The translations under genes and the position numbers were made by a program. From an uncultured Clostridium sp. (GTDB lineage: Bacteria > Bacillota > Clostridia > Oscillospirales > Butyricicoccaceae), in assembly GCA_947427035.1 (NCBI GenBank), contig CANEGK010000005.1:1-64000 (forward strand): DNA of 64,000 nt, in the 5' to 3' direction. Of the stretch, positions 1-8,900 are shown one piece after another. The notes beneath the pieces were generated by a model. That model saw nothing but the letters and a program-made list of their open reading frames with translations, ran no database searches and had not been told where the DNA came from. The stretch's first letter is position 1; every line of letters begins with the position of its first letter.

Positions 1-610
1 ACGCCTCGATGGCGTGGGTCATGGCGTCCATGCCGGTGTGCGCCGTCAGCTTTTTGGGCATGGTCTGGGCAATGGTTCCGTCGAGCACGGCGATGTCCGG
101 GGTGATTTCAAAGTCGGCCAGCGGGTATTTGACCTTGGTCGAATAATCGGTGATGACGGAGAAGGCCGTCACTTCGGTCGCAGTGCCCGAAGTCGAAGGA
201 ACGGCGACAAAAATGGCTTTCTGGCGCAGCTTGGGCAACGAGAACGGATCCTTGATGTCGTCAAAGCGTTTTTCCGGATACTCATAGAAGACCCACATGG
301 CCTTGGCCGCGTCGATGGGCGAGCCGCCGCCGATGGCGACAATGACGTCCGGCTCAAACTTGCGCATGGCTTCGGCCCCGCGGTAAACGGTCTCGACCGA
401 CGGATCGGGTTCAACGCCCTCAAAAAGGCAGACTTCCAGCCCGGCGTCCTTCAGCACGCCCTCGAGCTTTTGCAAAAAGCCGTTCTTTTTCATGGAACTG
501 CCGCCGGTGACGACAAAGGCCTTTTTATGACCTTTCAAAACCTTGAGCTCTTCCATCGCGTTGTCTCCGAAATACAGGTCTCTGGGAAGTGTGAAGCGTG
601 CCATCATCAT
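1..610 (-). CDS. iron-containing (group III) alcohol dehydrogenase, N-terminal part; the gene runs off the window start
   Basis: The minus-strand translation begins MMMARFTLPRDLYFGDNAMEEL...VTGGSS...AIGGGSPIDAAKAM, which is typical of Fe-ADH. An AAAGGAG RBS sits before the ATG. The track's plus-strand ORF 14..631 is its antisense shadow. Confidence 0.8.
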   Translation of the reverse strand, partial: MMMARFTLPRDLYFGDNAMEELKVLKGHKKAFVVTGGSSMKKNGFLQKLEGVLKDAGLEVCLFEGVEPDPSVETVYRGAEAMRKFEPDVIVAIGGGSPIDAAKAMWVFYEYPEKRFDDIKDPFSLPKLRQKAIFVAVPSTSGTATEVTAFSVITDYSTKVKYPLADFEITPDIAVLDGTIAQTMPKKLTAHTGMDAMTHAIEA

Positions 611-835
611 GCATCCTTTCTTTATGTATAATCGTTGCGAGTGTTTTGTGATTCATTTAACGATTATATTTTAACAATTCTCCCTGTATTTGTCAAGAAC
701 TTTTGATATTATTTTATCAGTATATTTTCTGAATTTTCCTTTTCAAAAAAGCGGCGCGCCGCATTTTCCTCAAGGTATAAAGATGTCCCCGCAGCACATA
801 CTAACTGTCGAATCAATGCGAGGAGGATTTTTGCA

Positions 836-1159
836 ATGACCCGGCTGACCTGTAGCGTTTCCAACTGCATCAACAACGAAAATAACCTGTGCTGCCGCCC
901 CGATATCAAGGTCGACGGCAGCCATGCGCACGACAAAAACCAGACCTGCTGCCACTCGTTCAACCACCGCAGCGATTGCGTAACCGCCAGCATGGCGGCC
1001 AACACGCCCTGTGAACAGACGCAGGTCCGCTGCGACGCGTGCGAATGTGCGTACAACGAAAACACCGTCTGCACCGCCGACTGCATCTGTGTCGAAGGCG
1101 ACGGGGCCTGCGACTGCCAGCAAACCTGCTGCGGCTCTTTCCGCTGCGGCAGCAAATAG
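836..1159 (+). CDS. small cysteine-rich protein with repeated C-x-V-x-N/C-x-Y-N-E-N-x-x-C motifs (DUF1540-like)
   Basis: An AGGAGG RBS lies 8 nt upstream. The 107 aa carry two copies of the CSVSNC.NNENNLCC / CDACECAYNENTVCTADC pattern typical of DUF1540 proteins. A terminator follows. Confidence 0.6.
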   Translation: MTRLTCSVSNCINNENNLCCRPDIKVDGSHAHDKNQTCCHSFNHRSDCVTASMAANTPCEQTQVRCDACECAYNENTVCTADCICVEGDGACDCQQTCCGSFRCGSK

Positions 1160-1179
1160 CATCGGCCCTTGATAACAGG

Positions 1180-1214
1180 CAGCCCGGCAGCGCCGGGCTG
1201 CTTTTTATTTTTTT
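1180..1214 (+). terminator. Rho-independent terminator
   Basis: Hairpin cagcccggcagcgccgggctg followed by a T-run. Confidence 0.7.
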
Positions 1215-1406
1215 CTGCGGTATTGGCGGCTTGATTCAGCCTCCGCCCCTTTTGAATCCGATGGGCCTGTCCGCCTTTACATATCGAAAAAGACAACATT
1301 TTCTCTGTTTTTAAGAATCGGCTATTTCCCCCGTCATTTCCCGATCTTTGTCCGCTGCCTCTGCGCTTAAAATGGAAGTAAATACCATATAAGGAGCGGA
1401 TAAAGT

Positions 1407-3326
1407 ATGGACAAGCAACTGGATCTGCGGCTTAAAGAGGCCGCGCAGCGTACGCTGCTATTGACCGAAGACCCCCGCTACGCACCCTTGCTGCGCCAGG
1501 CGGGCGTTTTCGCGCTTTCCTTCCTGCTGGCGGGCCTGCGGCTTCCCCCGGGCGGCGCGCCGTATGGGCTGGCCTATGCCGCTTCGCGGCGAAGCCTGCG
1601 TGAAGCGCTCGCCGCCTTTGCCGGCGCTTTTGCCGGCGCGCTGTGCTTTTTCGGCATGTCCGGTGTGCCTTATGCCGCGGCCGCTGTTTTGTGCTGCACT
1701 TGCCGCAGCGTTTTTTCCGGGCTGCGGCAGCCGACTGCTCTTTTTTTTCCGCCCCTGTGCGTCGGGGTTTCCATCGCTTTTATCAAAAGCGCCCTGGCCT
1801 GGGGTCAGGGCGCGCGCGCCATCCTCCTTCTGCTGCTTGAAGGGGCGCTGGCCGGAGGTGTCTGCCTGCTGCTCAGCCTATGCGGACAATCCAAAACACC
1901 CCAGCCGCTCCTGGCGCTTTGCCGCAGTGTGTACATCGGTATGACCAGCGCTTCCGGCGTGCAGTCGATCCGCCCGATGCCTCGCCCGACGCGCGCCGGG
2001 CCGCGCCTTCAGGCTATCGCCCGCGCCGTCTCCGACCTGGGCTGCGCCATTTCCCCGCTCTCCGCCGCGCGTACCCAGGCCGACCGCGAAGACATTTCCC
2101 GTATCTATGATCGGGCGGCCGACGAAGTCTGCCGCAAATGCTCGCTCGCTTCGCTCTGCTGGAGCCGCGAAGCGGTCGAAAGCTACGACGCTCTCAACAA
2201 CACAGCATCCCGTCTGCGCGAACAGGGCTCACTGTCGCCCGAGGACTTTCCCCCGCATTTTTCCAACCGCTGCGTCAACATGTCAAAGTTGTGTGACGCC
2301 ATCAACAGCCAGTACCGCTCCCATCTGCGGCGCTGCGCCATCCAGCGGCGGAGCGAACAAAGCCAGCGTCTGATGCGCGAAGGCTACAGCAGCCTGTGCG
2401 GCGTTCTGACCGGCGTGGCCGACGCCGTCGATCGAGCGCCCGAATACTACCCGGGGCTGGAAAACCGCGTCAAAAATATCGTCCACGCCTACTCCCCCAG
2501 CGCGCTGGTCAGCGTCTATTCCGAATCGGGGCGGCTGCACATTGAAATCGGCGTGCGCGGCGACGCGCCGCCTTTGCCCGACAGCGACGCCTTTCTGCAA
2601 AGCCTCTCGCTGGCGCTCGGCCGCACCTTTTGCCCGCCGGTGGAAACTCCGTCCAAGACGGGGCGCACCGTCCGCATCAGTGAAAGCGAACGCCTGCGCG
2701 CGTCGGTCTGCCGCGCGGTTCGGCAAAAGCAGGGGGAAGCCGTGTGCGGCGATTCCAGCGCGCATTTCCGCACCGACGACGGGCGCGCCGTTGTTCTTTT
2801 GTCCGACGGTATGGGCACCGGCGCCGAAGCGGAAAAGCTGTCGCGGACTGCTCTGACGCTTGTCTCACAGTTTGTCCGATCCGGCTGCACTGTGCAGGAA
2901 AGCGCGCGCGCCGTTCTCCCCGTCCTGGCCGCCCGGTTCGAAGACTGCGGCTTTGTCACCCTCGATTTGCTGGAGATCAATCTGTTCAGCGGCGAAAGCT
3001 GCCTGCTGAAGTATGGAGCCGCCCCGACCTTTGTGCTGCATGACGGCGCGGTGCGCCGCATCTTTTCCACCGCCATGCCGGCCGGCGCCGACCCGACGCT
3101 TCCCTCGCCCGAGCCCGCGCTTTTCAGGCTGTGTGCAGGCGACCGCGTTGTCATGGTCAGCGACGGCGTGTGCGACGGCGCGGACACCGGCGCCATCGCT
3201 CTTTTGTGCCGCGACGGCAGTTTCAGCCCGCAGGAGCTGGCCGGGCGCATTCTCAGCGCGCCCGACAGCGCCAAAACCGGCGACGACTGCACCGTGCTGG
3301 TCATTTCTCTTGCCGCTGCCGAATAA
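1407..3326 (+). CDS. spoIIE: stage II sporulation protein E-like PP2C serine phosphatase with N-terminal multi-TM domain
   Basis: The N-terminal third is hydrophobic. The C-terminal PP2C domain has the LSDGMGTG motif and a second Asp cluster VMVSDGVCDG. An AAGGAG RBS precedes the start. Confidence 0.75.
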   Translation: MDKQLDLRLKEAAQRTLLLTEDPRYAPLLRQAGVFALSFLLAGLRLPPGGAPYGLAYAASRRSLREALAAFAGAFAGALCFFGMSGVPYAAAAVLCCTCRSVFSGLRQPTALFFPPLCVGVSIAFIKSALAWGQGARAILLLLLEGALAGGVCLLLSLCGQSKTPQPLLALCRSVYIGMTSASGVQSIRPMPRPTRAGPRLQAIARAVSDLGCAISPLSAARTQADREDISRIYDRAADEVCRKCSLASLCWSREAVESYDALNNTASRLREQGSLSPEDFPPHFSNRCVNMSKLCDAINSQYRSHLRRCAIQRRSEQSQRLMREGYSSLCGVLTGVADAVDRAPEYYPGLENRVKNIVHAYSPSALVSVYSESGRLHIEIGVRGDAPPLPDSDAFLQSLSLALGRTFCPPVETPSKTGRTVRISESERLRASVCRAVRQKQGEAVCGDSSAHFRTDDGRAVVLLSDGMGTGAEAEKLSRTALTLVSQFVRSGCTVQESARAVLPVLAARFEDCGFVTLDLLEINLFSGESCLLKYGAAPTFVLHDGAVRRIFSTAMPAGADPTLPSPEPALFRLCAGDRVVMVSDGVCDGADTGAIALLCRDGSFSPQELAGRILSAPDSAKTGDDCTVLVISLAAAE

Positions 3327-3377
3327 CGGCTTTGCGCACGGGAAAACTGAAAGAAAATCCCATAAGGAGGATGCGCC

Positions 3378-3650
3378 GTGGTCAAAGGTGTTTCCAAGCA
3401 AGCTGTCATCGTTCCCTCGCCCGATCCCAAAAAATTTGAGCAGGCCATTTTTATCGTCTCCGGTGAAGAGGGCCACGGCATCCAGTCGGCTGACGAAATG
3501 CTCGACCTTGCCTGCCGGCTGGCCGCGCGCTATAACGTCGCCACTCCACCCGCCCGGGGCCGCACCCATCGGCTGCTGGCGCCTGTACTGTCCTTTTTGC
3601 TGGGCAGCGGCGTCACTGCGCTCGCCTGTTTTCTTTTATCCATCCTGTAA
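3378..3650 (+). CDS. hypothetical small protein with C-terminal TM helix
   Basis: A GTG start lies 8 nt after a perfect AAGGAGG. The 90 aa have a hydrophobic C-terminus, and a terminator follows immediately. Confidence 0.4.
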   Translation: MVKGVSKQAVIVPSPDPKKFEQAIFIVSGEEGHGIQSADEMLDLACRLAARYNVATPPARGRTHRLLAPVLSFLLGSGVTALACFLLSIL

Positions 3651-3663
3651 ACTGTTATGCGAA

Positions 3664-3692
3664 AGGCCCCTGCCGGGGCTTTTTTGCTGCCT
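3664..3692 (+). terminator. Rho-independent terminator
   Basis: Stem ggcccc/ggggc followed by a T6 run. Confidence 0.65.
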
Positions 3693-3852
3693 GCCCCCAG
3701 GCCGCCCGCACTGACACACCATACATACGAAGGCCAACGGCGCGCCAGAACCTTTTCTTTTTTATTTTTCACATTCCTGCGCAACATTTTCGGCTCTCTG
3801 CGCGTCCAAATAATGATTCCGCCCATTTCGTCAAAAAGTTATCAAAACTCTA

Positions 3853-3881
3853 TTGACAATCATATGACCATTTGTTATAAT
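3853..3881 (+). promoter_or_regulatory. sigma-A type promoter (TTGACA-17-TATAAT)
   Basis: A perfect -35 TTGACA and perfect -10 TATAAT with 17-nt spacing, in an AT-rich island upstream of the HTH gene at 3964. Confidence 0.7.
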
Positions 3882-3963
3882 CTAATCACCGTAATGCTTC
3901 GGCCGAAGCGGCCCGCCGCAAGCGGGTTGCGGGGCGCGGAATCTGACAAAAGAGGTGGTACCC

Positions 3964-4521
3964 ATGGTAAGTATACTGCCGGGCACAGCGCTCGAGGTCG
4001 ACCTGGAGCGCAAAGACGCCGCCGACACCATGCTGAGTTCGCTGTTTTTAACCGGCGGGCTGGTTCTGTCGCAGGTCTCCCTGCTGACCGGGCTTGAGCC
4101 CCACACCATTCAAAACTGGGTGAAAAGAGGTTTCCTTCCGCCGCCTGTCAAAAAAAAGTACAGCCGCCGGCAGGTATGCCGCCTTTTTATCATCAACATG
4201 CTGCGCGACAGTATGCAGATCGATCGGATTTGCCGCCTTCTCTCCTACGTCAACGGCCGTCTTGACGACGAGGGGGACGACATCATCGACGATTCGGCGC
4301 TTTACCTGCACATTGTCGCCCTGACGGCCCGAATGGGGGATGAACTCCCCTCGCCCGGGCAGCTTCACGAATGGTGCGGTGAGGTTCTTTCCGAATATCG
4401 TGAGCCTTATGGCGGCGCCCGGGCGCGGGTCGCCGCCGCTCTGGAAATTATTTTGACGGCCTGGCTGGCGTCCTGTCTGCGGAACCGTGCCGATCTTCTG
4501 CTCGCGCATCTCGACGCTTAA
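3964..4521 (+). CDS. MerR-like HTH protein (DUF1836-type)
   Basis: The N-terminal sequence LSQVSLLTGLEPHTIQNWVKRGFLPPP is a MerR-type HTH as seen in DUF1836 proteins. The start was re-placed at the ATG 9 nt after GAGGTGG. Confidence 0.55.
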   Translation: MVSILPGTALEVDLERKDAADTMLSSLFLTGGLVLSQVSLLTGLEPHTIQNWVKRGFLPPPVKKKYSRRQVCRLFIINMLRDSMQIDRICRLLSYVNGRLDDEGDDIIDDSALYLHIVALTARMGDELPSPGQLHEWCGEVLSEYREPYGGARARVAAALEIILTAWLASCLRNRADLLLAHLDA

Positions 4522-4568
4522 TTTTGCTCTGGTGCTTTCCGCAACACATCACAAAGGGGGATTGTATT

Positions 4569-5225
4569 ATGATTCAGTGGTTTGAATCTCTGTCGGCCAT
4601 CCAACGCTTCTTTGCTTACATCGCCATTCCGTCCACACTGATTCTCGCCATCCAAACCATTCTTTTGATTTTCGGTCTGGCCGGCGGCGGGGACGGGGAC
4701 GCCGACTCTGACGGGCTCGAGTTCGAGCCGGGCGGCGGCGTTGACCTGGACGGTGACGGCGAAATCGACATTCCCGGCGAAGATTTTTCGGCCGACGACC
4801 TTTCTTCCGCGGCCGACGGCGGCCTGCGGCTCTTCACCATCCGGGGGTTCATCGCCTTTTTCACCGTGTTCGGCTGGGGTGGGCTGGCCCTGCTCCGCGC
4901 CGGCATCCCGACCCCCGTCTCGGCGCTTTTGGCCGGTGCGATGGGCCTGTGCTCCATGCTGGTCATGGCCGTCATCTTCAAGCTGGCCATGCAGCTCCAG
5001 TCCGACGGCACCATGCAGCTTGAAAACGCCGTCGGGCAGAGCGGCAGCGTTTATCTGACCATTCCCCCCGCCCGCCGCGGCCGCGGAAAGGTCGAGGTCG
5101 TCGTGCAGGAGCAGGTGCGCGAGCTCGAGGCCGTCACCGACGAAAAAGAGCCGCTCCCCACCGGCTGCGAGGTCGTCGTCACGGCGATTTCCGGCCGCAG
5201 CACACTGGTCGTGTGCAAAAAATAA
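4569..5225 (+). CDS. NfeD-family membrane protein (C-terminal OB-fold), partner of flotillin
   Basis: AAGGGGG RBS. The protein has TM segments, an acidic Gly/Asp linker, and a C-terminal NfeD beta-barrel-like region. It lies immediately upstream of a flotillin gene, as in the B. subtilis yuaF-floT arrangement. Confidence 0.7.
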   Translation: MIQWFESLSAIQRFFAYIAIPSTLILAIQTILLIFGLAGGGDGDADSDGLEFEPGGGVDLDGDGEIDIPGEDFSADDLSSAADGGLRLFTIRGFIAFFTVFGWGGLALLRAGIPTPVSALLAGAMGLCSMLVMAVIFKLAMQLQSDGTMQLENAVGQSGSVYLTIPPARRGRGKVEVVVQEQVRELEAVTDEKEPLPTGCEVVVTAISGRSTLVVCKK

Positions 5226-5270
5226 ACCCTGTTACCCCATAGCAAAGTCAATATAAAGAGAGGTATGAAC

Positions 5271-6704
5271 ATGGAAAGCTTAATTCTGGTATGTGTCATC
5301 GTCGTCCTTTTGTTCTCGCTCCTGATCGTCATTCTTTCGCGGTACAAAAAGTGTCCTTCGGACAAGGTCATGGTCATCTACGGTAAGGTGGGCAGCAACA
5401 AAGACGGCTCGACCCGCAGCGCCCGCTGCATCCACGGCGGCGCAGCCTTTGTCTGGCCGGTCTTTCAGTCCTTCGAGTTTCTCGATCTGACCCCGCTTTC
5501 CATCTCGGTCGATCTGGAAAATGCCCTGTCCCGCCAGAATATCCGCATCAACGTTCCCTCGCGCTTCACCGTCGGCATTTCGACCGAGCCGGGCGTCATG
5601 CAGAACGCCGCCGAGCGCCTGCTCGGCCTCAAGTTGCAGGAAATCCAGGAGCTTGCCAAAGACATTATCTTCGGCCAGCTGCGTCTCGTCATCGCCACCA
5701 TGGACATTGAGGAAATCAACACCGACCGCGACAAGTTCCTCGAAGCGGTGTCGCGCAACGTCGAGGGTGAGCTGAAAAAAATCGGCCTGCGGCTTATCAA
5801 CGTCAACGTCACCGATATCTCCGACGAGTCCGGCTACATCGCCGCGCTCGGCAAGGAAGCGGCCGCCAAAGCCATCAACGACGCCAAAAAGAGCGTCGCC
5901 GAAAAAGAGCGCGACGGCTCGATCGGTGAAGCGCAGGCCCACCGCGATCAGCGCGTGCAGGTGGCGCAGGCCAACTCCCTCGCCATTCAGGGCGAAAACA
6001 CCGCGCAGGTCGAAATCTCCATGTCCAACGCCGCCCGCCGTGAAAAAGAGGCCGAAGCCCTCAAGATAGCGACCTCTGCCGAAAAAATCCAGGCCGCCCG
6101 CGCTTTGGAAGAGGCCTACGCCGCCGAGCAAAAGGCCGAAGCCGCCCGTTACGCCCGTGAAAAGGCAACGCAGGAAGCCGACGTCATCGTCAAAACCGAA
6201 ATTGAAAAACGCAAGAAAGAACTGGAAGCCGAAGCCGAGGCCGAGCAGATCCGCCGCCGCGCCCGCGGCGAAGCCGACGCCATTCTCTCCAAAATGCAGG
6301 CCGAAGCCACCGGTATGCAGGCCATGCTGACCAAGCAGGCCGAAGGCCTGAAGGACATTGTCACCGCCGCCGGCGGCAACGCCAACGATGCGCTGCGCCT
6401 CATGCTGGCCGACAAGATGGAAGAGCTTCTGCGCATTCAGGTCGACGCCGTCAAGAGCATCAAGATCGACAAGGTCACCGTCTGGGACAACGGCGCGGGC
6501 GGTCAGGACGGCAAAACAGCGACGGCCGGCTTTGTCTCCGGCATGATGAAAAGCATCCCGCCCCTGGGCGAGCTATTCGACATGGCCGGCATGAAGCTAC
6601 CCGAATATCTGGGCACGGAAAAATCGGCCGAGCCGTCTGCGCAGGCTCCTGCCGCCGACCCGCACCAGGCCGAATCCCCCGCTGACCAAGCGGTTCCCGT
6701 CTGA
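5271..6704 (+). CDS. floT: flotillin-like SPFH/band-7 protein (FloT/YuaG-like)
   Basis: N-terminal TM, an SPFH domain, and long Ala/Glu-rich coiled-coil repeats (EAEAEQIRRRARGEADA). Confidence 0.85.
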   Translation: MESLILVCVIVVLLFSLLIVILSRYKKCPSDKVMVIYGKVGSNKDGSTRSARCIHGGAAFVWPVFQSFEFLDLTPLSISVDLENALSRQNIRINVPSRFTVGISTEPGVMQNAAERLLGLKLQEIQELAKDIIFGQLRLVIATMDIEEINTDRDKFLEAVSRNVEGELKKIGLRLINVNVTDISDESGYIAALGKEAAAKAINDAKKSVAEKERDGSIGEAQAHRDQRVQVAQANSLAIQGENTAQVEISMSNAARREKEAEALKIATSAEKIQAARALEEAYAAEQKAEAARYAREKATQEADVIVKTEIEKRKKELEAEAEAEQIRRRARGEADAILSKMQAEATGMQAMLTKQAEGLKDIVTAAGGNANDALRLMLADKMEELLRIQVDAVKSIKIDKVTVWDNGAGGQDGKTATAGFVSGMMKSIPPLGELFDMAGMKLPEYLGTEKSAEPSAQAPAADPHQAESPADQAVPV

Positions 6705-6758
6705 TTTTCTTTCTTCGCCGCCCAAAAGGCCCGGGCGGCAACAGATAGCATACTTGCT

Positions 6759-6797
6759 TCCACCGGCGCGCCCGTCACCAGGCGCGCCGGTTTTCAC
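6759..6797 (+). terminator. Rho-independent terminator
   Basis: Hairpin ccggcgcgcc...ggcgcgccgg followed by TTTTC. Confidence 0.7.
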
Positions 6798-6916
6798 GTC
6801 TGCCTGCGCAAAAACCCCTGCCGCAACTGCCGGTTGACAAAAAACCATGCGCAGGCGGTGGCGCCGCAACCGCGCCGTGCGGTATGATCAGGCCATCACC
6901 AGAAAGGAGATTCCCT

Positions 6917-7516
6917 ATGAATCTGTCAGATCGAATTCAAAGCCTGCGAAAAGCCGCCGGGCTTTCACAGGAAGAGCTTGCCGACCGCATCGGCGTCTCC
7001 CGCCAGGCCGTATCCAAATGGGAAAGTGAGCAGAGCGCGCCGGATCTCGATAAAATCATTTTGCTGAGCGAATGCTTCGGCGTCACAACTGACTATCTGC
7101 TCAAAGGCATCGAGCCTGCGGGGCACACCGCCGGACAGGGGCTGAGCCGGACGGCTGGCCAGGCGCTTTACCTTGCGTCGGCGGCTTTTCTCGCCATCGG
7201 GCTTTTCGCCGCCTTTGGCGGATGGTACGCCGAGCAGTCGGACAGCGCCATCTGGGGCAGCATGATCGTCCAGGTGGTCGGCGCCATCGGGTATTTTGCC
7301 GCCCGTATGATGTCCCCTGTTCAGGCGCCGGCTGCCCTCATACGGCTTGACGCCGCGCTCGCGCTCTTCCTGCCGGTTTCGCTGCTCGTCTCTTTTATGC
7401 TGCGCCGCCCCGCCGCGCCTTACCCGATCGATGTTGTCAGCGGCCTTTTGTTCTGGGCCCTGTACGCCGCCGCCTGCGCGCTGGCCTTCCGGGCAATCCA
7501 GAAGAAAAAAGAATAG
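6917..7516 (+). CDS. XRE-family HTH transcriptional regulator with C-terminal transmembrane domain
   Basis: AGGAG RBS. The N-terminal [21 protein letters not shown] is a Cro/C1 HTH. About 4 predicted TM helices follow. Confidence 0.75.
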   Translation: MNLSDRIQSLRKAAGLSQEELADRIGVSRQAVSKWESEQSAPDLDKIILLSECFGVTTDYLLKGIEPAGHTAGQGLSRTAGQALYLASAAFLAIGLFAAFGGWYAEQSDSAIWGSMIVQVVGAIGYFAARMMSPVQAPAALIRLDAALALFLPVSLLVSFMLRRPAAPYPIDVVSGLLFWALYAAACALAFRAIQKKKE

Positions 7517-7582
7517 CCCGCTTTGCGGAACAAACCGCCCTCTTTCCCGTCTAAATTGAAAACAAGGGAAAGGGGCGGTTTT

Positions 7583-8575
7583 ATGAAGCGCCTGCGGCTC
7601 GGCGTTTATTCTTTGGCGCACTGCGCCGTCGATTTTTCCTGCGCTTTTCTGCTTTTGGGCGTTGCCTGCCCCCGCGGCGACGCCGCTCTGTTCCTGTTGC
7701 TTTACAACTTCTGTGCCTTTGCCCTGCAAATGCCCCTGGGCCTGCTGGCCGACCGGCTGGGGCGCTGTCATGTCTGGGCGGCCGGCGGCTGCCTGCTGGT
7801 TCTGGCCGCCTTTGCCCTGTCCCCGCTGCCCGCTGTGCTGTGCGCCGGCGTGGGCAATGCCGCCTTTCACATCGGCGGCGGCCTTGACACGCTGAACAGC
7901 TTTACAAAAAGCGCGGCGCTCGGCCTGTTCGTCTCCCCCGGGGCCTTCGGCCTTTTCCTCGGCGGCGCCGCCGCCCGCGTCGGCCTTTCCTTCATCCTTC
8001 CCTGCGCTGTGCTGGCTGCCTCTGCGCTCGCCGTTTCCCTGCTGTGCCGCGGCGGCGCGCCCAACGCCCCGGTCAGTCTGGCCAGCGCAAGACATGCGGG
8101 TACGCCCGCTGCTTTGTGCGCGCTCTTCTTTGTCGTCGCACTGCGCTCAGCCGTCGGGCTTTTGCTGCGATTTCCCTGGAAAAGTGAGTTTGCCCTGCTG
8201 ATTGTGATTGCGACTGTGCTGGGCAAAGCCTGCGGCGGGCTGCTGGCCGACAAGCTGGGTGCCAAGCGCACCGCCGTCGTGACACTGGCGGCCGCCGCCC
8301 TGCTTTTTGTCTTTTCCGACCTTCCTGTGTGCGGGCTGGCTGCCGTCTTTCTTTTCAACACCACCATGCCGCTGACCTTGCACGCTTCGGCACAGCTGCT
8401 GCCGGGCGCCAAAGGTTTTGCCTTCGGCTTTTTGACCTTTGCCCTCTTTGCCGGCTACCTGCCCGCCGCCCTTGACTGCGCATTCCCGTCCAACCCCATG
8501 CTGTACGCGCTGGGCGCAGCCGTTTCGCTGCCGCTTCTGCTCCTGGGGCTGCGCAAAACCGACGCGCCATGCTGA
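7583..8575 (+). CDS. polytopic membrane protein, MFS-like (two GxLaDrxGr/k loop motifs)
   Basis: The motifs LGLLADRLGR and GGLLADKLGAKR sit at equivalent positions in the two halves. The protein is highly hydrophobic. An RBS is present. Confidence 0.5.
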   Translation: MKRLRLGVYSLAHCAVDFSCAFLLLGVACPRGDAALFLLLYNFCAFALQMPLGLLADRLGRCHVWAAGGCLLVLAAFALSPLPAVLCAGVGNAAFHIGGGLDTLNSFTKSAALGLFVSPGAFGLFLGGAAARVGLSFILPCAVLAASALAVSLLCRGGAPNAPVSLASARHAGTPAALCALFFVVALRSAVGLLLRFPWKSEFALLIVIATVLGKACGGLLADKLGAKRTAVVTLAAAALLFVFSDLPVCGLAAVFLFNTTMPLTLHASAQLLPGAKGFAFGFLTFALFAGYLPAALDCAFPSNPMLYALGAAVSLPLLLLGLRKTDAPC

Positions 8576-8883
8576 TTATTTTTCTGCTGTCGCTTGCCCT
8601 GACCCTGGCCGTCGAGCTGAGCTTTGCCCTTTTATGGGGATTGCGTGGGCGCGACCTGCTGCTGTGCGCGCTTGTCAACCTGCTGACCAACCCCGCTGTC
8701 GTGCTGCTTCACCAGCTTTTCCCGCGGCCCGCCGCGACGGCTGTTTTCGAGTGCGTCGCCTGCGCCGCCGAAGGGTGGTATTACAGCCGTTACGGCCGGC
8801 ACATCCGCGCTCCCTGGCTTTTTTCGCTGTTGTGCAACGGCCTGTCCTTTTCCTTTGGCCTGCTCATCAACGTATATTGTTAG
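8569..8883 (+). CDS. hypothetical small membrane protein
   Basis: The ATGCTGA start/stop overlap with the preceding gene suggests translational coupling. About 3 hydrophobic helices are predicted. Confidence 0.35.
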   Translation: MLIIFLLSLALTLAVELSFALLWGLRGRDLLLCALVNLLTNPAVVLLHQLFPRPAATAVFECVACAAEGWYYSRYGRHIRAPWLFSLLCNGLSFSFGLLINVYC

Positions 8884-8900
8884 ATTCAGGAGGGATTTTG

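Noticed and set aside
14-631. 205-aa plus-strand ORF at the window start
   Set aside because: It is the antisense shadow of the Fe-alcohol dehydrogenase gene on the minus strand. It has no RBS and low-complexity G/R/D-rich composition typical of reverse frames in high-GC DNA.
709-1299. 196-aa and 130-aa minus-strand ORFs overlapping the DUF1540 gene
   Set aside because: They are antisense to a gene with a clear RBS and terminator. They have no RBS and biased composition.
5280-6131. 283-aa minus-strand ORF
   Set aside because: It is antisense to the well-supported flotillin gene.
6965-8095. 376-aa minus-strand ORF rich in Gly/Ala/Arg
   Set aside because: It is antisense to the XRE and MFS-like genes and has low complexity.
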